Positions 27,905 through 37,053 of a stretch of 64,000 bases of DNA are shown here, in pieces (position 1 is the first letter of the stretch; every line of letters begins with the position of its first letter). Made by a program: the position numbers and the translations under genes. The stretch covers positions 233,639 to 297,638 of the forward strand of contig JADGNZ010000001.1 of the NCBI GenBank assembly GCA_017883205.1, written 5' to 3'. The DNA comes from Thermoanaerobaculia bacterium. GTDB lineage: Bacteria; Acidobacteriota; Thermoanaerobaculia; Gp7-AA8. A model generated the notes under the pieces. It did no database searches, was not told where the DNA came from, and saw only the letters and a list, made by a program, of their open reading frames with translations.

Positions 27905-27981
27905 TCGGGCAGTAGCGCAGCCTGGTAGCGTACCTGAATGGGGTTCAGGTGGTCGGGGGTTCAAATCCCCCCTGCCCGACC
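27905..27981 (+). tRNA. tRNA-Pro (anticodon GGG), CCA encoded
   Basis: Hand-folded. Acceptor CGGGCAG/CTGCCCG, D-arm GCGC..GCGT, anticodon stem CCTGA/TCAGG with loop A-T-GGG-G-T (G37 fits Pro), T-arm GGGGG-TTCAAAT-CCCCC, discriminator A plus CCA. Confidence 0.9.
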
Positions 27982-28243
27982 AAATTGAACCCTCTCCGCA
28001 CCAACAAGTTGTCCGCATCATTCTCAACCGGGCAGTGAGCGTTCCGAGTCTAACGTCGTCTATTTCACGTCTATTCACAACGGTTCGGCCTTCGATTCCT
28101 CAACGACTCATATCGCTTCCGATCACCCCGAATTCAGCTGGTCGCCGGTTCCGCGCGAAGCCCAGGACACAGCAGCCGCGGTCGTCAACTGAACGGTCGC
28201 CGAGGGCGCGGGCTGATTTGCGTACGCGCAAGAGGCCGAACGA

Positions 28244-29014
28244 TCAGGGCGTGCGCTCGCCACGATCCACCTTGTCACGTTCAAAAATCCTCCGTGCAAG
28301 GCTCCCACCGACGAGCCGACTGTCGATTGTCAGTAGCTCTCCGATATCGAGTGCGATTCCGAGATTCATTTTCCGCTCGGGTGCATGCGCAAGCTCGGCG
28401 ACGTGCTCTTTCAAGATGATTCCACGAATTGCGAGATGGGAGCCGGCGGTGAGGAGCGGGGCACCCGAAAGACCGGGTGGTGGAACAAAAGTAGTTTCGT
28501 AACCGGGTGGAATGGCAGGCAACTCAGTAAGGCCACGCCGGGTGACAACGTGTCCGGCGAACGCACGGAGATAGTAAGCGTATACATCGGGCTGTACCGT
28601 CGTGATCGCGAACGGGAAACCACAAGCGAAAACCTCGTTCAGGTAGTCTAACGGCCTGAAATCGAATGCTAGTTTCGGAGTCTTCAACCCGGTGCACTTG
28701 AGTAGCGCAAAATCGATCGCCGGGTACTCCTCCTTATCTTCAACGAAGACGATTTGCCGATTCTTTGTCATGATCCGGCCGACCGCGACGCGGCCGTTTG
28801 TTTTCGACGCGGCATACTCAGCAGCGTCGCGGTACACGTGATGCGCCGTACCGAACAGTCCTAACAACGGCGAAATTGGAAAAGCCGTTCCGAAAACCTC
28901 TGCGCGTGCGAGATCAAGGAGCCTCGAATTTTCCGGATCGGGCGCGCCGCTGATCACTGCTAGATGAGTAGCGTTGATGAGATCGCTCAGCTCAGGCGAG
29001 GGCTTTACCGTCAT
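28244..29014 (-). CDS. trypsin-like (S1/Trypsin_2) serine peptidase, no signal peptide
   Basis: The ATG at 29014 gives MTVKPSPE.... The catalytic triad context is in the canonical order: GTAHHVY (His), IDFALLK (Asp), PPGLSGAPLL (GxSGxP Ser). Confidence 0.7.
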   Translation of the reverse strand: MTVKPSPELSDLINATHLAVISGAPDPENSRLLDLARAEVFGTAFPISPLLGLFGTAHHVYRDAAEYAASKTNGRVAVGRIMTKNRQIVFVEDKEEYPAIDFALLKCTGLKTPKLAFDFRPLDYLNEVFACGFPFAITTVQPDVYAYYLRAFAGHVVTRRGLTELPAIPPGYETTFVPPPGLSGAPLLTAGSHLAIRGIILKEHVAELAHAPERKMNLGIALDIGELLTIDSRLVGGSLARRIFERDKVDRGERTP

Positions 29015-29303
29015 ACTTACCCGAAACCTCCACACCAAGGTGATCGAGGCCGACACCGCTCTGGCCCTGACACCGCAAAATATGTCCGTACAATCTCCTT
29101 GGAGGTGGAAGCACAATCTAACAACCGTTCTGCTGACGCGTCGCGGCGATTCTGAGCAGGAACTATGGAGCAGTCACAATACAACCGTTGGAAGCTCACT
29201 TTTAAGACCGGAAATGTGAGTTGATCAAAATTCTCGCCGTACCAGATTGCCCTCACGAGAAGGGCGCTCCATAGGAACTGTATGTCCCGAGACAGACGCG
29301 GAG

Positions 29304-29349
29304 ATGGGGTTCAGGTGGTCGGTGGTTCAAATCGCCCCTTGGCCGACCA
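29304..29349 (+). repeat. degenerate direct repeat of the tRNA-Pro 3' half (att-like / 5'-truncated pseudo-tRNA)
   Basis: atggggttcaggtggtcggtggttcaaatcgccccttggccgacca compared with tRNA 27937-27981 atggggttcaggtggtcgggggttcaaatcccccctgcccgacca. Similarity continues for ~150 nt downstream (e.g. cgattcctcaacgact(c/t)atatcg). Confidence 0.85.
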
Positions 29350-29495
29350 GCTCGAACCCGTTTTCGCCAAAAACCAGCAATACGCATCATCCTCAGCCTA
29401 CGCAGCGAATGTTTCGACTCCAAAGTTCGGCGTCTAGTTCACTCTATTGACAGCGGCTCATCTCTCGATTCCTCAACGACTTATATCGTTCAGAT

Positions 29496-32075
29496 TCACG
29501 CAATCACGAGTGTCACGTTATTTCGGACCGGCAGTTCGCGGATGCGAGGTCCGCCCGCCGCGACAATCGCGTTGCATAGAGCGGGGGCCACTGCGGGCGT
29601 CGGCGGCTCGCCAGCGCCGGTCGGTGGCTCAGCGCTCGCCATGATGTGGACGGAGATTTTCCTCGGCGTCTGGTTGATGCGCAGCACGGGGTAGTCGTCG
29701 AAATTGTTCTGCACGACCCTACCATCCTTGACGGTGATCTCGCCGAACAATGCGAGGCTTAGGCCATAGATAATTCCGCCTTGCATTTGCGCGACTACCC
29801 GGTCCCGATTCACGGCGAGACCGCAGTCGATCGTGCCGTAGATCTCGTTGATCATGAGCTTGTTGTTTTCGTCTAGCGAAACGTCAACCACAATAGCTAC
29901 GTAGCTAAGCCGGCTCCGGTGAGCGGCGATACCTAAGCCTCGGCCCTGCATCCCTTTGTACTTCCGAACCTTTTCGTCCCAGCCCGAGTCCTTAGCCACT
30001 CGCTCCACCACGGCCCGCAGCCGACGAGTGTCGGGGGGGTAACCGGGTAGTATCTGGACCATTTGCCCGCCAATCGGCACCACCACCTCCTCCATAGGAA
30101 GGCTGTTATTGTTGTAGTGTTCAACGCCCTCGGCCTCAAGGGGTAGGATGCGCCCCTTTCCAATCAGATCGAGCAGGTAGTCCTTTGAGTCGTGGCCAGC
30201 AGCGACGGCGAGCTCGTCCGCGAACGAACATATACCGAAGGCGTGGTAGATACTCGCGGCCGAACGCATACAACCAACTCGGATATAACTTGGAGCCGGG
30301 CAGTTCTCGATGCGAAGGTTCGGCACGTCGAATGGCATATCCTCGAGGCCCTGAGCCCGTTCGAACGCCGAGCCATACGGATATTGGCCTCCGCCGGATG
30401 CGAAGCGCGCCCGCGCATACGCTGCACTTCTTTCGGCGGTCAGACCGCGCATCGTGGGGGGAGGGAAGAAGGTCGCGAAAAACGACGTGAAGGCGCTTCG
30501 CTGAAGCAATGCCGTCGCGTGTCCCTCCCCATCGAGACCCGCTTTCAGGTATTGGCTGCTGACCCCGCTGAAGTAGCTGAACTGGATATCGTCCTCGCGC
30601 GTCCATTGCAACCGGATCGGCACGCCGGGATTCTGCTTGGCGAGAATGGCTGCCTCAACGACGAAGTCGGGATACGCCTTGCGCCCGAAGCTGCCGCCCA
30701 GCATCGTGACATGCAGAGTAACGGCCTCCCGCGCCTTGTCCTGGAATGAATCCTCGAGCATCTGGGCGTCAGTGAGTCCGAGAGTGATCTGTCCGACCGA
30801 CAACTGAGTGAAGTCAGGACTCTGCGTGGGCGCCCACACTTCCATTCGGCCTTTCTGGAAGCGGGCGACAGCAACTGGCGGCTCCATCGGGGCTTGGGCG
30901 AGGTGCGGGATGTAGTAACGTGCTTCTACTGTTCGGACGGCCTGCGCTAAGACTGCGTCGACATCGCCTTTGCTACGCACCTCCATCCCTGGCTTGGATG
31001 TCGATGCTTCGAGTTGCTTGCGGTATTGCTCCGAGTCGTAAGCGGTGTTGGGACCAAGGTCCCATATGATCGTCGGTTTGAGCGCCTGGCGACCCCGAAT
31101 GGCCGCCCAGGTGCTATTCGCCAGCACGGCAACGCCGGCGTGAGGCATGACGGCAGTGCCTACGCCACCGCCGGGCATTCCGAGAGGAAGTACCGGTATG
31201 ACCCTCCGAACACCGGGCACGGCAAGCGCCGGAGCGTCATCGAAGGACTCGAGCGCCCCGTTCGCGACCGGGCAGCGTTCGATCAATGCGGTTAGCATAC
31301 CGGGCAAAATGAGGTCACCGCAATAAACCGTCTTCCCGCGCACCATCTCGGAAGCGTCAAAGAACGGCATGCTGTCCGTGCCGATGTACCGCCACTCCGT
31401 GGGTTTCTTGAGCGCGGCTTCGATCTCGTCGTACGTCGGAGTCTCTTTTTGGGCGCGCGCCAGAAGCCAACGATAGTCTATCGAACGCCCGCTGGGTGCG
31501 TGCACCACTCGGTGCTTCTTAGCGTGGCACTCCCTGGGATCGACTCCCAATTTCCCCGCGGCCGCCCGAATCATACCCAGCCGGATGCCTGCGCCGAAGA
31601 GCCGCATGGGGTAAAAGTAGGCAGCCATGCTTCGCGAGCCCTCCGTGTACTGAGATCCTTCAGGGGGCACTAGGTATTGCTTCCTCTCTACCGCTACCTG
31701 CTCATAGGGAAATGGGAGCTTGACGTCGGAAGGCGCCTCAAAAGGAAACTCAATTGCGTACTTGCGACTATCGGCGTCCGCTTGGCGCAGCGTAACCCGA
31801 TTCCAGTCGGCCTCGAGCTCGTCGACCAGCACTGCGGCGAGACTGGAGCGGATGCCCTGCCCCATCTCCGATCGGTGAGTGATGATCACCATATCGCCGT
31901 TGAGTTTGATGGCTACAAAAGGAACGCCCTCAACCGGAAACCCATTACGCAAATTAGCTGTGAGCGTCGAAGCCGAGGCCGACGGGAAAGCGTAATAGCC
32001 AAACACCATAGCTCCGGCGCCAACGCCGACCGCACGAAGGAAATCCCTACGAGTAATTTTGACGATGTGATTCAT
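29496..32075 (-). CDS. xanthine dehydrogenase-family molybdopterin-binding subunit (IorB/aldehyde oxidoreductase beta-like) with Tat signal
   Basis: 859 aa. It starts MNHIVKITRRDFLRAVGVGAGAMVFG (twin-arginine motif). Length and blocks such as ...GGSFGRK..., ...GCMRS... and ...AEPPTGAGEP... are typical of the IorB-type family. Confidence 0.8.
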   Translation of the reverse strand: MNHIVKITRRDFLRAVGVGAGAMVFGYYAFPSASASTLTANLRNGFPVEGVPFVAIKLNGDMVIITHRSEMGQGIRSSLAAVLVDELEADWNRVTLRQADADSRKYAIEFPFEAPSDVKLPFPYEQVAVERKQYLVPPEGSQYTEGSRSMAAYFYPMRLFGAGIRLGMIRAAAGKLGVDPRECHAKKHRVVHAPSGRSIDYRWLLARAQKETPTYDEIEAALKKPTEWRYIGTDSMPFFDASEMVRGKTVYCGDLILPGMLTALIERCPVANGALESFDDAPALAVPGVRRVIPVLPLGMPGGGVGTAVMPHAGVAVLANSTWAAIRGRQALKPTIIWDLGPNTAYDSEQYRKQLEASTSKPGMEVRSKGDVDAVLAQAVRTVEARYYIPHLAQAPMEPPVAVARFQKGRMEVWAPTQSPDFTQLSVGQITLGLTDAQMLEDSFQDKAREAVTLHVTMLGGSFGRKAYPDFVVEAAILAKQNPGVPIRLQWTREDDIQFSYFSGVSSQYLKAGLDGEGHATALLQRSAFTSFFATFFPPPTMRGLTAERSAAYARARFASGGGQYPYGSAFERAQGLEDMPFDVPNLRIENCPAPSYIRVGCMRSAASIYHAFGICSFADELAVAAGHDSKDYLLDLIGKGRILPLEAEGVEHYNNNSLPMEEVVVPIGGQMVQILPGYPPDTRRLRAVVERVAKDSGWDEKVRKYKGMQGRGLGIAAHRSRLSYVAIVVDVSLDENNKLMINEIYGTIDCGLAVNRDRVVAQMQGGIIYGLSLALFGEITVKDGRVVQNNFDDYPVLRINQTPRKISVHIMASAEPPTGAGEPPTPAVAPALCNAIVAAGGPRIRELPVRNNVTLVIA

Positions 32076-32125
32076 GACGTATAGCTTCAGCCCCGTTGCA
32101 TCGCAGCTTTACGCGTCAATTGACA

Positions 32126-32713
32126 CTACGGCACGGGGTCTACAGCGCCTGCGACCAACAATTCACATGTATGTGTCTGCCAGCGTCCGCTCTCGAACGT
32201 TCCACCTCCTGCCAACCTAACGGCGCCGTTCTTGTCCATACGCGATCCCTTCCCTAGACTATTCTCCGCGTCAGTCGACAGCATGAACCCGCGTAGATCA
32301 CTTTTGACCGATCTAAAATCAACCTGAAGGTCCAACGCGCGCAAAACCAACCTACCGGATTTCCTTTCGAAGGTACCCACGTCTCGTTCAGTTAGCAGTG
32401 AGTTCCCGCGCCCTTTGGGGTCGCTGATCATCAGCGAGGCGGCGTTAACGGCAGTACGGGAGGCATTAAACGCCAGCGTCAGCGAAATGTCGACAGTTGC
32501 TGGCGTATTATAGTCTGGATGATTGGTAATCATCGATAAGGAACCATCCAGCCTTACAACAAACTGCGCCGCAAGTGCCCGGCAAGAATCGTAGCGTCGC
32601 TGCAGCCGTGCAATTTCGTAAACGATTGCGGCCCGCTGCAATTCGTCAGGGGTCTGTTCCAACGAAGCAGCGAGCACAGCGATTCTATCTTTAAGCGGTT
32701 TGCAGGTGTCCAC
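32126..32713 (-). CDS. hypothetical protein
   Basis: 195 aa. The GTG start is preceded by GAGGGA. Composition is normal, with no recognisable motif and no Cys cluster, so it is not a 2Fe-2S subunit. Confidence 0.55.
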   Translation of the reverse strand: MDTCKPLKDRIAVLAASLEQTPDELQRAAIVYEIARLQRRYDSCRALAAQFVVRLDGSLSMITNHPDYNTPATVDISLTLAFNASRTAVNAASLMISDPKGRGNSLLTERDVGTFERKSGRLVLRALDLQVDFRSVKSDLRGFMLSTDAENSLGKGSRMDKNGAVRLAGGGTFESGRWQTHTCELLVAGAVDPVP

Positions 32714-33103
32714 AGTGTCTCCCTCGGGCTAAACATGCCCAAAAGAAGGTATCGTTGTGCTTCGAGTTAGCCCGATCCACTCCCCTAGGTCTTCCATCTT
32801 CCAAGCGTTTCACAGCATAGTCCAACCCATATAAATAACCCGACGACCACCACCGCGCAGCGCGTTCTCAGCGTCCTGGCCAAGTTAAGCATCTTCTGGA
32901 GAGCGGGTCGACTGAACCGCCATCGCGCAGAATCATCCGCACCGTCGACGAACCGAGTTCGGCGGATACGCAAGATCAGCGCTCTCTGCATGCGACCATC
33001 TTTCACCGCAGCGAAGCGGCGCTATCTATGTTCCCAGTCATTCGCTCGTTGCCTCCGCGGAAGATGTTACGCCTATTGCGGCCTTTTGTGTGATACTTAT
33101 CGA

Positions 33104-34384
33104 ATGGCGGCCGATCCTGGTGAAGGGGACGATCGTACTCATCTCGAACTCCTCAAGCTGAGGGCTGAGACAGAGAAACTGCGGCGCGAAATTGCGAAGC
33201 TTGACCAAGCTGTGCCGGCCGCTCGTGCTCATCGGCTTGAACTCATCAAGACGCTGGCCGCAGGAATAGCGGCTGTTGTCGCAATAACGGGCTTTTTCGT
33301 TTCTTTTTATAATCAACGACGTGACGCTCAGCGAATAGTGGAGGTCAGGCGTGACGACGAATTCGCTGGTGCATTGAAACAGCTCGCTGACGCGAAAGAA
33401 GAGCTAGGGCGTGTTGCATCTATCAATGCGATCGCCGTTTTCGCTTCTGATGCCAAATATGAAACCCGAGTGCGGCATCTTCTAATGCAGATATTACCGG
33501 TGGTCCGTGAACAACGTACGAGAACCGCCATATCGGAGGCGTTGGCCCTGCATTCCACGCCGATAACGTTGGCCGAGCTTGTACAATTTAATCGTGCCAT
33601 TCAAGAGCAGATCGAAACCAGAATTTCGCAGCGCATGTCGGAGGCGTCCGCTAATGTGCTAGTCCGAAACGCCGAAAAATACGACCAGCGGCTGGAAGGT
33701 GATGAAGATTATCGCGTCTTGGCGTGGCCGAATAGCTGGTCTCGCTCAGATACGAAACTACAGGCGTTGGTAGACGATCTAGGGTGGTCGGCGGAGACCC
33801 TTCTCACCGTGATGAATAATCTACATGAAATCCAGAATATTGACATGTCGGGCGTCGTGCTCGCGAGGCTTGAGCCCTCAGGCTTACCAAAATCTGACCC
33901 AGTGCCCACGTTCGGTGATCCAGTGCGATGTGGGCCGGAGCGAGTTCCGGTGATCGGTCTGACGCTGAGACATGTTAACTTGTCAAACTCAGTGCTGGCA
34001 TGTGTTGATTTCAAGCGGGCCACGTTCGACCAGGTAACGATGGATAATACGACGCTTTATAGATCCTCATTTACCGAGTGCGCTTTCAAGAATGTCTCTT
34101 TGAGTTCGTTTAGGTCATGGGTTTCGTTGGTGAACGACCAGGGCATCCACATCGTGGCGCCGGTAGTCGAGCGAAGCTATTTTGCTGGACCGGTATGGAG
34201 AGAATGCGAGTTAACGATCTCGCAGTTTGGCGCGAGGGAGCCGAGCCACGAGCAGCAGAAGATGCCGCATGGAAGCTATTATGGCTTCTTCGGGAGCACC
34301 TGGCAGATCCAAAAACTGGGCGGGGTCGCGCCACCACCAAGGGCTCGGCATAAGCAGGACTTTGATGGCCGAGTTAACTCCTGA
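33104..34384 (+). CDS. coiled-coil / single-TM protein with C-terminal pentapeptide-repeat-like region
   Basis: The ATG at 33104 gives MAADPGEGDDRTHLELLKLRAETEKLRREIAKLD..., followed by a transmembrane segment (LAAGIAAVVAITGFFVSF). The C-terminus ...LRHVNLSNSVLACVDFKRATFDQVTMDNTTLYRSSFTECAFKNVSLSS... has pentapeptide periodicity. Confidence 0.65.
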   Translation: MAADPGEGDDRTHLELLKLRAETEKLRREIAKLDQAVPAARAHRLELIKTLAAGIAAVVAITGFFVSFYNQRRDAQRIVEVRRDDEFAGALKQLADAKEELGRVASINAIAVFASDAKYETRVRHLLMQILPVVREQRTRTAISEALALHSTPITLAELVQFNRAIQEQIETRISQRMSEASANVLVRNAEKYDQRLEGDEDYRVLAWPNSWSRSDTKLQALVDDLGWSAETLLTVMNNLHEIQNIDMSGVVLARLEPSGLPKSDPVPTFGDPVRCGPERVPVIGLTLRHVNLSNSVLACVDFKRATFDQVTMDNTTLYRSSFTECAFKNVSLSSFRSWVSLVNDQGIHIVAPVVERSYFAGPVWRECELTISQFGAREPSHEQQKMPHGSYYGFFGSTWQIQKLGGVAPPPRARHKQDFDGRVNS

Positions 34385-34725
34385 CGGCTGCGGCCAGCTG
34401 GGTCCATGCAACCCGCACCGGTCACGGGCGTCACTAGTATTCGCCGCTTCTTTCCCCACGCGGCTAGTTTCCGATCCGGATGGCGACGGGGATTGGTGAC
34501 ACAGCTCTCCTTTCCTTGACGAGAGGCTGGTCGTCGTTGTGCGCGTAGCCGATGAGGACATCGCGCTCGTAGCTCACGCTGGCACCTGTCGCGTCCATTC
34601 GCTGACATCGCCTCGACACGAATGGAAGCGCCGCTGATTGAGGAGTGATTACTTCCTATTCTCCCTGGAGCGCTCTCAATGCCCAGAGTGCTGTGGGATG
34701 CGAGCTGTGTTTTCCAGTGAGTCGG

Positions 34726-37053
34726 CTAAGCACCGCGGGCCACCACGCCAGTCAGCCTCCCCTTGTCCAGCGTCACGATCCGATCGCAGAAGGCAATGGC
34801 TTGCGCGCGGTCGTGCGTGATCAGCAAGACGCCGAGAGCTTGTTCTCTACGGAGTGCGTCCAGGCGTTCCAGCCAGGCCCATTTTACGGGGGCGTCGAGC
34901 ATCGATGTGGGCTCGTCGGCGATGATGAGGTGGGGGTGTGCGATCAGGGCGCGGGCGAGGGCTACTCGCTGGCGTTCGCCGCCGGAGAGGGTGTCGACGT
35001 TGCGCTCGGCGTAGCGTTCGGGTGGGGTGAGGCCGGCTTCGGCGAGGGCGGAGATGACGGCGGTTGCTCGCGTGTCGCGATCGACGCCGGCGAGGCGGAG
35101 CGGTTCGGCGACGATCGTTTTCACTCGCTGATGCCAGGGGAGCGCGGAGAAGGGATCCTGAAAAATGAGGTGGGCCTGGCGAAGGTGATTGCGCAGCGCG
35201 CGGCCGTGCAACGCGGCGAGGTTGCGTCCCATCAACTGCACCGATCCTCGGGCCGGGCGCAGCAGCCGCAGCGCGAGGCGCGCTACGGTCGTCTTTCCTG
35301 CGCCGCTCGGGCCGACGAGGCCGACCGACTCACCGGCGTGGACTTGCAGCGACACGTTTTTCAGACCGGCACCGGTGGAGTAGGTGAAGTCGACCGCGGA
35401 GAGGTCGAGAACGATTGCCGGATCGGTCGGGCGGTGGATCGGATTGCGTGGCCGCGGACGCGCGGCCGCGGCGAGCGCCTGTCCGGCGACGCTGCTGGGA
35501 GCGGCCAGGAGCGCGAAGGGGGGGCCGCTTTCGACGATGCGTCCCCGGTCGAGTATGGCTAGCCGGTCGCAGTGGCGCTCGAGCAGACTCAGATCGTGCG
35601 AGATCAGCAGCAGCGCCATCTTGCGCTCGCGGCAGAGGCGGGTGAGCAGATCCAGGATCTCTCTCGCGCGATCACTGTCGAGTCCCGATGTTGCCTCATC
35701 CGCCAGCAGCACCTTCGGTCTTCGGCAAAGAACCATTGCGATTACCACGCGCTGCCGCATCCCTCCCGAGAGCTCGTGCGGATAGGCCTTCTTCAAATCG
35801 TGCGACAGTCCGACTGACTCCAGTGCTGCGGAGATCCGGGGCTCGATCGATTGGCGATCGCCATCCATGCCCGCGACTTCCCGAAGCTGCGAGCCGATAT
35901 TGCGCACGGGATTGAGCGACTGCATTGCCGCCTGCGAGATCCAGGCGATCTCCTTCCCGCGCTGCCGGCGGCGATCGCGCTCCGGCATCCGCAACAACTC
36001 GCTCCCCGCCAGCCACACGCCGCCGCGATGAATCTGCGCGTGCGGAAGCAGACCGAGCACGGTCTGAACCAGCGTCGTTTTGCCAGCGCCCGAGACGCCG
36101 ACGAGCCCGAGGACTTCGCCTTCGTCGAGATGCAAGTCGACGCCTTGCAGGATCGTGCGTCCGGGATAACCGACTTCGAGATCGCCGATCTGAAACAGGT
36201 ACGCAGGATCGGGATCGGGACACGGCCCGCTCGGAATCATCGCCGCCCGCAATGCCGCGCCCCTCGGCCTACCAACTCCGAGCAAGGCGAAGCCGGTGAT
36301 CAGCAATCCGATACCGAGGCCAGGCGGGAGCGCCCACCAGAGCCAGGCGTTGCCGAGAAAAACTGCGCGTGCATTGGCGTAATAGAGCGTGCCGCCCCAG
36401 CTCACCCATTGTGAATCGCCGAGTCCAAGGAATGACAGGCCGCTCTCCATGAGCACCGCCTGATGCGCGAGCCGCGCGAATTGCGCCAGGATCATCGGCG
36501 ACAGAACAGGGATGATGTGGCGGATCAGGATGCTGGTCTCGGTAGCGCCCATGGCGCGCTCCGCGACGACGAAGTCGGCGTCGCGCAAGGCTGCGGCCTG
36601 CGGTCGCAGCTCGCGCGCGCAACGTGCCCACGAGCTGAAGATCAAGACGGCGACGAGCAAGGGCCGGCTGGCACCTGCATAAAACGCAACCACAAGAACC
36701 AACGGCAGTGTCGGCAGCGTCAGGAAGAAATCGACGAGCCGCATCGCGACGAAATCCCATTGTCCTTTGCGATAGCCGGCGCCGGCTCCAACCAACGTGC
36801 CGAGCAAGGTCGCGCCGATTGCTGCCAATAGCGCGATCGCAACCGAATGCCGCGCGCCGTATAGCCAGACGCTCAGTAAATCCTGGCCCATGTCGTCGGT
36901 GCCGAGCCAGTGATGAAGCGATGGCGGCTGGAACGGAGCGGCGGTCCACGCCCTGGGATCATACGGAGCGAGAAGAGGGCCGAGGATGGCCACTGTCACC
37001 ATCAGGGCAACGAGCAGAGCGCCGACGCGCCGCGGGCCTTGACCCTCGCTCAT
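34726..37053 (-). CDS. fused ABC importer subunit: DppC/OppC-type permease plus two ATPase domains (DppD/DppF-like)
   Basis: 775 aa. The N-terminal ~270 aa form a polytopic permease. These are followed by Walker A GVSGAGKTT with signature LSGGMRQRV, and a second Walker A GPSGAGKTT with LSGGERQRV. Confidence 0.88.
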   Translation of the reverse strand: MSEGQGPRRVGALLVALMVTVAILGPLLAPYDPRAWTAAPFQPPSLHHWLGTDDMGQDLLSVWLYGARHSVAIALLAAIGATLLGTLVGAGAGYRKGQWDFVAMRLVDFFLTLPTLPLVLVVAFYAGASRPLLVAVLIFSSWARCARELRPQAAALRDADFVVAERAMGATETSILIRHIIPVLSPMILAQFARLAHQAVLMESGLSFLGLGDSQWVSWGGTLYYANARAVFLGNAWLWWALPPGLGIGLLITGFALLGVGRPRGAALRAAMIPSGPCPDPDPAYLFQIGDLEVGYPGRTILQGVDLHLDEGEVLGLVGVSGAGKTTLVQTVLGLLPHAQIHRGGVWLAGSELLRMPERDRRRQRGKEIAWISQAAMQSLNPVRNIGSQLREVAGMDGDRQSIEPRISAALESVGLSHDLKKAYPHELSGGMRQRVVIAMVLCRRPKVLLADEATSGLDSDRAREILDLLTRLCRERKMALLLISHDLSLLERHCDRLAILDRGRIVESGPPFALLAAPSSVAGQALAAAARPRPRNPIHRPTDPAIVLDLSAVDFTYSTGAGLKNVSLQVHAGESVGLVGPSGAGKTTVARLALRLLRPARGSVQLMGRNLAALHGRALRNHLRQAHLIFQDPFSALPWHQRVKTIVAEPLRLAGVDRDTRATAVISALAEAGLTPPERYAERNVDTLSGGERQRVALARALIAHPHLIIADEPTSMLDAPVKWAWLERLDALRREQALGVLLITHDRAQAIAFCDRIVTLDKGRLTGVVARGA

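Larger units (their letters stand above)
27982..34650. mobile_element. putative integrase-less genomic island or island remnant at tRNA-Pro (right boundary approximate)
   Basis: G+C is visibly lower than the flanks. The segment begins at the tRNA 3' end. A degenerate copy of the tRNA 3' half plus ~150 nt of downstream sequence recurs at 29304-29510. Cargo genes are functionally unrelated to the neighbours. No integrase or transposase ORF was seen. Confidence 0.4.

Noticed and set aside
29304-29349. Second tRNA gene.
   Set aside because: Only the anticodon-loop-to-CCA half is present and the T-stem has mismatches (GGTGG...CGCCC). There is no acceptor 5' strand or D-arm. Treated as an att-like repeat or pseudo-tRNA.
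27982-34650. Integrase, transposase or recognisable defence system on the low-GC island.
   Set aside because: None of the ORFs in this interval shows tyrosine or serine recombinase, DDE, or known defence-system motifs by eye. The island call therefore has low confidence.
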